From positions 1-39,363 of the IMG/VR virus record IMGVR_UViG_3300035156_000166: a DNA stretch of 39,363 bases. One strand, given 5' to 3'. How positions within the stretch are numbered: position 1 is the first letter of the stretch; each line of letters starts with the position of its first letter. Positions 30,038-37,384 of this stretch are shown here, in pieces. The notes under the pieces are model-generated. The model was not told where the DNA came from and ran no database searches. It saw only the letters and a program-made list of their open reading frames with translations. A program made the position numbers and the translations under genes. The stretch comes from a virus.

Positions 30038-33000
30038 TCAGCGCCTCATTCCGTCGATGGTTGCGCGGTACTCGCCCGCCTGGTCGATCTCGTCGGCGAT
30101 GATACGCCGGATGCCGCCCAGCTCAGGCCCGAGGTCGATATTGATGATGATCGGGGAACGGCCCACCGCGCCCGCGCCGGAGCTCGAGCTCGAGGGAGAC
30201 CCGCCCGTGGCGAACCTGCGCCCGGTGAAGAACTCCTTCGGGTACGCTCCCGCATTGATCCCGGCCATGATCTCGTCACCGAGGAGCTTCGACGTCCGAG
30301 CCTGAATGACCCACTCGTTCGCGGAGAGCCGAGCGTCGATCAGGTCGGAGGTGTCCCCGCCCGGACCGCGCACCTTGCCCGGAGATCCACCCGCGGCGAA
30401 TCCGGGCACCCCGTCGCCAGCTCGCCCGCCCGCCGCGGACTTTTTGACCGTCCGCACGGTGACCGTAACGGTCTTGCCCTGAATCCCGTTGATCGAGCTC
30501 TGCACGCCGCCCACGCCGGACTGCCGGACCGAGATCGTGACGGTCTTGCCCTTGATCCCGTTAATGTCGCCCTTCGTCTTGGAGACGCCCTTCGAGCCGA
30601 CCGTGACGGTAGCCTTCTGCCCCTTCGCCGCGCCCTTGACCTCTCCCTTGACCTTGGAGACGCCCTTCGCGTGCACGTCGACCGGAGCCTTCGCACCCTT
30701 CGCCGCGCCCTTCACGTCGGAGCGGACCTTCGGTACGCCCTTCGAGCCGACCGTGACGGTCGCCTTCGCGCCCTTCGCCGCGCTCTTGACGTCGGACTTC
30801 GCCTTGCCGGTGCCGCGGGTCTTGACGTCGACGTTCGCCGACCGACCCTTAGCTGCGTCTTTGACGTCCGACTTCGCCTTGCCGGTGCCGCGGGTCTTGA
30901 CGTCGACCGGTGCCTTGATCGGGTTGCCGAAGTAGTCGAGCTTCCCCTTCGCCAGCTTGTCGCCCTGCACGTTGACCGAGACCGGAGCCTTGATCGTTTT
31001 GCCGTACTGGTCGAGCTTCGGCTTCGCTCCGCCGTCGGTCACGGTCGGCACGACCGGGACTTTCTTCGGCTTGAGGAGGGTCAGGAGGTAGGCTTCCGCC
31101 GCTCCCGCCCCGCTCTTGTCGTAGATAGTCTGCAGTTTGATCTGCTGCGGCTCGGTCAGGCCGGAGAGGGCTTGCTTGTACTTCTCGACCTTCGCCTGCT
31201 GCAGCGCCATTCCCACGGCGTCGATCTTGGTCGACACCTTGTCGGGCACGAGCCCGTAGGCGTCGGCGAGCTTGTTTGCCTGCCCCTTCGTGAGACCGGC
31301 TGCGTCCGCTGCGGAGACGAAGGCGTCGCGGACTTTCTGAGTCGCGGCTGCCGCATCCTTCGAGCTGGCACCCTGAGCGACCAGAGACGCGACGTACGCC
31401 TTCCCGCTCGAGGCGAGCTGACCGATCGCCGCGCCCGCGTCGCGTTGCTTCTGCGTACCATCGGCGAGGAGCCCCGTGCTCTTACTGATCGCCAGCGAGT
31501 CGGCGGAGAGTGCGGTCTCGTGCTTTTTGGTGCTGAGAGCCGCCCCGTCAACGGCTGCCTCATACGCCGCGTGAGCCCCGGCCACCCCCTGAATCGCGTC
31601 GCCCGTGGCGAAGATCTTCTGCGAGAGGGCTTGGTTGTCGGCTGCGCTCCGGCGCGTCGTCTCGCCCAGAGCCGCCACTGCGGAGATCGAAGCGAGTACG
31701 GCTGCCTGCTGTTGCTTGTGCGCCTCGCTCTCCGCCCCGAGAGCGTCGGTGCCAGCGTCGACCGACTCCGCGTAGGTCTTGTAGGCTTCCTGCCCGGTCT
31801 TCAGCTCATCGTTGCCGCCCGCGATCGCCTCTTGGATCTTGACGACATCTTTCGCCGCGTCGGAGGTGGACCGCCCGAACTCGTCGGTCCCTCCGTAGGC
31901 TGCGTTCGTCGCGTCGGTGTACTTCGTCAGCGCATCGTTTACACGCGCTTGAGCGTCAGCGTTGCCGAGCGAGGCCGCGGTCAGGTCGCCGACGGAGATC
32001 CCGAGCTTGTTCGCGCTGTCAGCCGCCCCCGACTTCATAAGCGAGTCGGTGCGTTGCTTCGCGATGGACTGATCCAGCACGCCGTTGCTCGCGATGAGAG
32101 CCTGAGTGAAGCTGTCTTGCGACGCCTTCGCCGTGGCCGCGTTGCTCGCCCACTTGCCGATCAGGACTGCCGCGATCGAGATAGCTACACCGATCGCTCC
32201 GGCTGCCAGGACCGCCGTCCGCGCCCCGATACCAAGCTCGATGAAAGCGAGCTTCGCGGCGGAGGCTGCGCCCGCCAGCTTGAGGACCGCCCCGGTCGCC
32301 ACGAGAGCGATACCACCGATCGCCGCCACCTTCAGGAGCCCGCCCTGCACGCCTGCCGGGAGCCCTGAGAAGGCGTCGACGAGGTTCGTCACGCCCTGCA
32401 CGATCCCGCGGAGCGGGATCTGGCTCGAGGTCGCCGCCCCGATGAAAGCCGACTGCAGAGCCCCGCCGAGCTTCTCGACGTCGCCCTTCAGGTTGTCCAT
32501 CTTGGTTGCCGCGACTTCGGAGGCGTAGCCGCTGTCATTGACCGCTGCCGTCCACTTAGCGATCCCGGCCGCGCCGCCGCTGTAGAGCACCGTGGCCGCG
32601 GTGATGCTGTTCTTCCCGAAGATCCGGGCCAGAGCTGCGTCCCGCTCCGCCTGCCCGAGCCCGCCGAGCTTCGCCTCGAGCTCCCCTACGGCTGCCTCCA
32701 TACCGATGAACTGCCCGGAGGCGTCCCGGACGTTGATGCCGTACTTCTCGATCGTCTTCGCGCCAGCGCCCATCGGAGCGGTCAGGGAGACGATCATGGA
32801 CCGGAGGGAGGTGCCCGCCTGCTCACCCTTGATCCCCGCGTCTGCCAGTCCTGCCAGGGTGCCGACGGTCTGGTCGATGCTCATGTTCGCGCCGGAGGCC
32901 ACGGGACCGACGTACTTCAGGGCCCCGGCGAGATCCTGCACCTCGCCTTGAGCCTTACCAGCTCCCGCGGCGAGGAGGTCGGCTACGTGGCTAGCCTGCG

Positions 33001-33787
33001 TCCCCGGCACGTTGAATTGCGACATCGCGGTCGCCATGATCCCCGCGGCGTCAGCGACCCCGAGGGACCCTGCAGCGGCGAGGTCGAGCGAGCCCTTGAG
33101 CCCGCCGTTGATGACGTCGCCGACCTTGACGTTCGCCTTTATCAGCTCTTCCTGAGCGTTCGCCGCTTCCTTCGCGGAGAAGGCGGTATCGGCCCCGTAC
33201 TTCAGAGCCTCCGCCCGGAGCTGACCGATGCTCTCCTTCGCGTCCGAGCCGGTCGCCGCGACGTGGGATACCGCCTGCTCGAAATCCGCGGTCACCTTGA
33301 CGGCCACGCCCACCGCGGCGAGGAGCCCCGCGCCGACGGCCAGCATTCCGGAGGCTGCCTTCTGCACGCTCGGATTGTTGACGTTCTTCCCGAGCGTCTT
33401 GAAGAGCCCGTCCGCGGGACGGTTCGCGGCTGCCGTCGCGGACGCTACCTCAGCGGAGGCTGAGGCCACGTTGCGGAGGGCCCGAGCCTGAGACTCCTGC
33501 GCTGAGAGGAGTCGGGCGGAGCCCGCGCCCGCCTTCGCCTGCGTCTCGATCAGCCGAGCGGAGGCGACCCGGAGGGTGCCCTGCGCGTTCGCCAGCTTGC
33601 GGGTCGAAGCGTCGAGCGAGGAGTTCTGGCCGACCAAGCCGCGGATCCCCGCGGTCGCCTTCGTGGTGTCGGCGTCGACCTGAATCTTCGCGGGCTTGAT
33701 GCTACCCACGCCCGCGGCCACGGCGGGGCCGAACTTGCCCATTTCCGGCAAGACGTCGTAGTAGACGGTCCCGACGCTACCGGCCAT
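30038..33787 (-). CDS. Tape measure protein
   Basis: 1249 aa, Ala/Gly-rich with hydrophobic segments. Follows the chaperone pair. Confidence 0.9.
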   Translation of the reverse strand: MAGSVGTVYYDVLPEMGKFGPAVAAGVGSIKPAKIQVDADTTKATAGIRGLVGQNSSLDASTRKLANAQGTLRVASARLIETQAKAGAGSARLLSAQESQARALRNVASASAEVASATAAANRPADGLFKTLGKNVNNPSVQKAASGMLAVGAGLLAAVGVAVKVTADFEQAVSHVAATGSDAKESIGQLRAEALKYGADTAFSAKEAANAQEELIKANVKVGDVINGGLKGSLDLAAAGSLGVADAAGIMATAMSQFNVPGTQASHVADLLAAGAGKAQGEVQDLAGALKYVGPVASGANMSIDQTVGTLAGLADAGIKGEQAGTSLRSMIVSLTAPMGAGAKTIEKYGINVRDASGQFIGMEAAVGELEAKLGGLGQAERDAALARIFGKNSITAATVLYSGGAAGIAKWTAAVNDSGYASEVAATKMDNLKGDVEKLGGALQSAFIGAATSSQIPLRGIVQGVTNLVDAFSGLPAGVQGGLLKVAAIGGIALVATGAVLKLAGAASAAKLAFIELGIGARTAVLAAGAIGVAISIAAVLIGKWASNAATAKASQDSFTQALIASNGVLDQSIAKQRTDSLMKSGAADSANKLGISVGDLTAASLGNADAQARVNDALTKYTDATNAAYGGTDEFGRSTSDAAKDVVKIQEAIAGGNDELKTGQEAYKTYAESVDAGTDALGAESEAHKQQQAAVLASISAVAALGETTRRSAADNQALSQKIFATGDAIQGVAGAHAAYEAAVDGAALSTKKHETALSADSLAISKSTGLLADGTQKQRDAGAAIGQLASSGKAYVASLVAQGASSKDAAAATQKVRDAFVSAADAAGLTKGQANKLADAYGLVPDKVSTKIDAVGMALQQAKVEKYKQALSGLTEPQQIKLQTIYDKSGAGAAEAYLLTLLKPKKVPVVPTVTDGGAKPKLDQYGKTIKAPVSVNVQGDKLAKGKLDYFGNPIKAPVDVKTRGTGKAKSDVKDAAKGRSANVDVKTRGTGKAKSDVKSAAKGAKATVTVGSKGVPKVRSDVKGAAKGAKAPVDVHAKGVSKVKGEVKGAAKGQKATVTVGSKGVSKTKGDINGIKGKTVTISVRQSGVGGVQSSINGIQGKTVTVTVRTVKKSAAGGRAGDGVPGFAAGGSPGKVRGPGGDTSDLIDARLSANEWVIQARTSKLLGDEIMAGINAGAYPKEFFTGRRFATGGSPSSSSSGAGAVGRSPIIINIDLGPELGGIRRIIADEIDQAGEYRATIDGMRR
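30786..30907 (-). repeat. Tandem 75-bp duplication inside the tape measure gene (two 47-nt near-identical cores)
   Basis: 30786-30832 versus 30861-30907, 46 of 47 identical. Part of a Lys-rich array of about 25-aa units. Confidence 0.8.
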
Positions 33788-33802
33788 GAGTGAGCCCTTC
33801 TG

Positions 33803-34446
33803 TTAGGTGATCTCGCCGAACTGCTGAGCAAGAGCGATCCGCTGCGCCTGAGGTGTCTCCTCCGCCGTCTCCCGGTAGTCCGGCTCCGGCTCCCGGACCT
33901 CGAGCGCCTCGTCCAGCTCGTCGAGCTGTTCCCGATCCTTACCCTCCCGGAGGAAGGCGTAGGTCGCGGCGAGCAACATGCGGAGCGAGAGACCGGGGAA
34001 GATCCCTTCCCCTATCCCAGCGTGCCCCGCGAGGATCAGTCTGCCGTCGACTTCGGCTCGGTGCTGCTCGTAGAATCCGATGAGTCCGAGGACTGCGCTT
34101 TTGGGAGGTTCGTCTCTCCCCGCACCGCGGCGAACATCGCGTCATAGATCACCTGAGTAAAATCCGGGTCGTCCCCGTGCGCGATCAGGAACTCCTCGAG
34201 CGCCGGACGAGCTTCGTCGAGCACGAGCGCTTCGAGCATGACCATCACGGAGTCGAACTCGCCGGTCAGGAAACCGACCCGGTGCTTCCAGAGGAGCATC
34301 TGGTTGAACTGTGGTCGGCACGGAAAGCGACCGATCTGCTCTTCACCCTTGCCGTAGTCGAGCACGAGGTGTGGCGAGAGGCTCGTGCCTGCCGGGATCG
34401 TGTCGTCCTCACGGACTTCTGCGCTGGACTTCGGCTTACTGGGCAT
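33803..34446 (-). CDS. Tail assembly chaperone, -1 frameshift-extended form (G-T type)
   Basis: After the slip at CCCAAAA, the -1 frame stays open for 98 codons (SAVLGLIGFYEQH...FGEIT) to TAA 33803-33805, 15 nt before the tape measure ATG. Confidence 0.65.
34036..34446 (-). CDS. Tail assembly chaperone (short form)
   Basis: 136 aa, between the major tail and tape measure genes. Confidence 0.75.
   Translation of the reverse strand: MPSKPKSSAEVREDDTIPAGTSLSPHLVLDYGKGEEQIGRFPCRPQFNQMLLWKHRVGFLTGEFDSVMVMLEALVLDEARPALEEFLIAHGDDPDFTQVIYDAMFAAVRGETNLPKAQSSDSSDSTSSTEPKSTAD
34099..34105 (-). other. -1 slippery heptamer C CCA AAA
   Basis: The zero frame reads CTC CCA AAA GCG, which fits X XXY YYZ. 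Confidence 0.65.
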
Positions 34447-34548
34447 CGGTGTCTCCTCCGATAGTGGGTGGTGAGGTGGCGGACCGCGCCGGAGCCCACG
34501 ATTTCAGGTCGTGGAGACCGGTCCGCCACTCACTACTGTAGCGGTCGA

Positions 34549-35124
34549 TCAGGTGATGGTCGCCGTCGACTTCAGGATTGCCACGAAGGGCCGGACCGTC
34601 GAGCTGACAGGCTCGAGGGTGAAGCTCAGCGGCACCGTCGCCTTGTCCGCACCCTTGCGCCGCTGGATCGCGACCGCGCCCGTCTGCAGGCACTTCCGCC
34701 AGACCCACCGCTCGCTCTTGTCGTCGGCCTCCCACAGGACCGCAACGCGGGTCTCGGTGACGCCGAAGGCGAGCGGCTCCACCTTGTCGATCGCGGTCGC
34801 GCCGGTGCCGGAGGCCGTGATGGTCGCACCGTTGAGGGCCCGCTGCACGTTCGCCGCGGTGACCTCAGCAAGCGCCATTTCGAGGGTCATCTCCTGACCG
34901 GTCGCCACGCGAGCGATCGGGAGGAGCGACTCCGCAACTTCGACGCTCTCGTAGGAAGGCGTGAAGGTGAACGTGTGACCTTCCGCGGTCCAGCCTGCGT
35001 AGGTCCAGGCCACGCCGATTGCCGTAGTGAGGTCGGTCGGCTCGGTAGCGCCGACGGCACCGAAGTAGATCTTGCCGGGGCCGAGCTTGACGAATTGGGC
35101 ATCTGAGCCCGGAACGTAAGGCAT
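34549..35124 (-). CDS. Major tail protein
   Basis: 191 aa, upstream of the chaperones. Has its own upstream regulatory region. Confidence 0.8.
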   Translation of the reverse strand: MPYVPGSDAQFVKLGPGKIYFGAVGATEPTDLTTAIGVAWTYAGWTAEGHTFTFTPSYESVEVAESLLPIARVATGQEMTLEMALAEVTAANVQRALNGATITASGTGATAIDKVEPLAFGVTETRVAVLWEADDKSERWVWRKCLQTGAVAIQRRKGADKATVPLSFTLEPVSSTVRPFVAILKSTATIT

Positions 35125-35210
35125 GAGAGATCTCGCATTCTCCGCTCGAGAGCGGTAGGTCGGACGCCGGAGCGAACGGTTGAGCCGGACCGGACGTACG
35201 GCCCGAGATC

Positions 35211-35229
35211 AGTCTAGCCCGTTTACACC
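35211..35229 (-). promoter_or_regulatory. Candidate late-promoter-like element GGTGTAAACG-N3-TAGACT upstream of the major tail gene
   Basis: Minus strand reads gcaGGTGTAAACGggcTAGACTgatctcggg. Confidence 0.4.
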
Positions 35230-35264
35230 TGCCCCACCTCTTGCCAACCACCGCTACCGACCCT

Positions 35265-35366
35265 GGTGTAGTTGGTGTAGCTTTCGAGCGTTTTCCTACT
35301 CTCTATATTTTACACTTGCTAAGTTGCCTCAGTATGAAACGGACGAAAAACTACACCAACTACACC
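35265..35366. repeat. Copy 2 of the 102-bp AT-rich element with 16-bp inverted iteron-like arms
   Basis: 97 of 102 identical to 11153-11254. Intergenic, between 35378..35770 and the major tail gene. Confidence 0.95.
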
Positions 35367-35377
35367 AACTTACACGG

Positions 35378-35770
35378 TTAAGGCGTGCGGGTCGCCGCGT
35401 TGACCGTGACGTCGACGATGTAGCGGCAGAGCTTCGACTCCGGCTCACGGAGGTAGAGGACGGCGATGTCCTGCACCGTGTAAACATGCGTGGTCGCGTC
35501 GAGCCACTTCCCGCCCAGGCCGTTGAGGTAGTCGAGAAGGGCGCGCTTGACGTCGGAAGCGTCCTCTTTCTTCGAGGCCCAGCAGTCGAACGAGATCCGG
35601 GGGAACTCGAGGAGCTCGTCGACGCCGCCGCCCACCTGAGACAGGGTGACCAGCGGGTAGGCCGGAGATCCCTCCGGGGTCGAGTAGAAGACCCTGCCCG
35701 CCAGCTTCTCCGGCGCGAGGTTCACCTTCATGTGCGACTTCAGCGCTTGCTCTACGTCCGCCGCCCTCAT
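35378..35770 (-). CDS. Tail terminator-like protein
   Basis: 130 aa, last connector gene before the major tail gene. Confidence 0.5.
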   Translation of the reverse strand: MRAADVEQALKSHMKVNLAPEKLAGRVFYSTPEGSPAYPLVTLSQVGGGVDELLEFPRISFDCWASKKEDASDVKRALLDYLNGLGGKWLDATTHVYTVQDIAVLYLREPESKLCRYIVDVTVNAATRTP

Positions 35771-36063
35771 ATCGCCGCCCTCGCGTCGTCCATGCTCGGT
35801 CGGATGAACGGCTGAGCGCTCATCCTCGAGGTCCCGAACTCGTTGTAGATGTCGTGGTCCGTGCCACCCATCACCCGCGCGCCGCCCGTGATCCGGCGCG
35901 CCTTGATCGCGTTGCGCATCTGGCCCGTGTCGACCCTTGCTCTACGCTTCGCACCCGCCGAGCCCGCCTTCGCCGCGCGCATCGAGACCGCAAGGAGCTC
36001 CGGACCGTTCGCCAGAGCTTCGACCGCGCCTTGATTAGTCACTACCTCCACTGGACTTCGCAC
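35767..36063 (-). CDS. HK97 gp10-like neck / tail-completion protein (start uncertain)
   Basis: Contains RARVDTGQMRNAI ... YNEFGTSRMSAQPFIRPS. Confidence 0.55.
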   Translation of the reverse strand: MRSPVEVVTNQGAVEALANGPELLAVSMRAAKAGSAGAKRRARVDTGQMRNAIKARRITGGARVMGGTDHDIYNEFGTSRMSAQPFIRPSMDDARAAI

Positions 36064-36289
36064 CCTTCCTGGTCGCGGGCTCCGGCTCCGGGTCCGCGAT
36101 CGGGACCTTGACCGTGTAGTCCGTGTGGCTGCCGGAGACGTTCGTGTAGCCGAGCACCTCGTACTCGCTGTCCGGTGCGCGCTTGTCGTCGCCCAGAGCG
36201 ACCCGGACCCCGGCGCTCAGAGCTGCACGGCTGCAGGAATGGTCTCCGGGATGCTGAACGGTGAACTCCACGGTGCGGTGCTTGGTCAT
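36035..36289 (-). CDS. Hypothetical protein
   Basis: ORF track, 84 aa. Confidence 0.45.
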   Translation of the reverse strand: MTKHRTVEFTVQHPGDHSCSRAALSAGVRVALGDDKRAPDSEYEVLGYTNVSGSHTDYTVKVPIADPEPEPATRKGAKSSGGSD

Positions 36290-36291
36290 GG

Positions 36292-36633
36292 TTAGCTGCC
36301 TCTCGAGGTGTTTAAACCTGCCTTAGTGCTGCCCAGCATACCGGCCACGCCGGGGGAGGTGACGGACCAGACAACTTCGTAGCGGTCGCCGGTCACCTCG
36401 TCGACCACGCGGTCGAGGTGGTTGAGGTCGCACGGGTCGGCGAGGAGAGTAAACGTCACGCTCTCGACGCTGCCTGACGGCCCACCCTCACCGCCCGTCG
36501 TGGTGTCGATCACTGCCCGGACGCCGGTCTCTACGGTCTCGAAATCGGCAAGCTCGTCGTAGTCTTCGGGGTCGATGTTCGACCGGTCCGCTGCCCGCTC
36601 GATCTTGATCGTGGTCGTGCTGATCGGGATCAT
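36292..36633 (-). CDS. Head closure / stopper-like protein
   Basis: ATGA overlap start at 36633. Assigned by position after the adaptor. Confidence 0.5.
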   Translation of the reverse strand: MIPISTTTIKIERAADRSNIDPEDYDELADFETVETGVRAVIDTTTGGEGGPSGSVESVTFTLLADPCDLNHLDRVVDEVTGDRYEVVWSVTSPGVAGMLGSTKAGLNTSRGS

Positions 36634-37070
36634 ACGATCGGGATCCACGGGTCAGGCTGCCGACGGTAGCGGGGCCGGACGGACGGCATGACGCTCTGGA
36701 TCTTCACGGTCGAGCTCGAGACCCACGAGAGCCGACGGAGAGCTGCGCGCGCGAGCGGGGAGAGGAAGCGGTCTTCGGTCTCCGTGCCGCCGAAGTAGGA
36801 GATCGAAGCCCCGTTCGCCGACACCGACGAGACGCCGGAGATCCTCTTCAGCGCCTCCGGATTCTCGTCCAGGTAGGCCACCTGCCAGATGATCGCCGAC
36901 CGGAGCACGGCGAGGTCCGCTTCGCTGTACGTCGCTTCAGCTAGCGCAGAGTCCCCGAGGTGCGTGCCGGTCTCAGTCTCAATGATGAATTGAGACTTCG
37001 CGATCGCCACGGAGTCGACGGAGAGCCCGAGCTTGTCGGCGACCTCTTGAGCGGTGACGAGGTTCGTCAT
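36630..37070 (-). CDS. Head-to-tail adaptor
   Basis: Track ORF trimmed to ATG 37070 (ATGA overlap). MTNLVTAQEVADKLGLSVDS... is typical of connector N-termini. Confidence 0.6.
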   Translation of the reverse strand: MTNLVTAQEVADKLGLSVDSVAIAKSQFIIETETGTHLGDSALAEATYSEADLAVLRSAIIWQVAYLDENPEALKRISGVSSVSANGASISYFGGTETEDRFLSPLARAALRRLSWVSSSTVKIQSVMPSVRPRYRRQPDPWIPIV

Positions 37071-37384
37071 AGTGCGACTCCCAACGGATAGACTTCGATG
37101 ATCTCGGTCGTCGTCCAGTCGAGCACGGTCGACCCGGACACCCTGACGCGGAGCTTGTAGTCCCCCGCGGTCGGGAAGAGCGTCGTGGGTGGCCACGCGA
37201 AGAGCGCCTTGCCGTCCTCACGCACGGAGAGGGTGCCGCCCGACGTCGAGACTGCCTGACCCTCCGGACTGACCAGCTCGAGAACGAGCTGCCCTTCATG
37301 CGGGGTGAGGTCGATCTGATCCCTGCCGTCGGTCACGGTGATGAGAAGAGCCTGCAGCGGGACAGATCCCACGGTGAGCTTCAC
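37067..37384 (-). CDS. Small beta-sandwich (Ig-like?) protein
   Basis: 105 aa, with an alternating beta-strand pattern. GTGA overlap with the giant ORF. Confidence 0.45.
   Translation of the reverse strand: MKLTVGSVPLQALLITVTDGRDQIDLTPHEGQLVLELVSPEGQAVSTSGGTLSVREDGKALFAWPPTTLFPTAGDYKLRVRVSGSTVLDWTTTEIIEVYPLGVAL

Noticed and set aside
30011-32368. Very long antisense ORFs (30011..32368 +, 3911..5428 +, 2291..3403 +, 22140..23252 +, 17039..17824 - and others)
   Set aside because: Arg/Pro/Gly/Asp-rich translations are typical of non-coding frames in high-GC DNA. The opposite strand encodes proteins with recognisable motifs (tape measure, capsid, GH-A, lysin).
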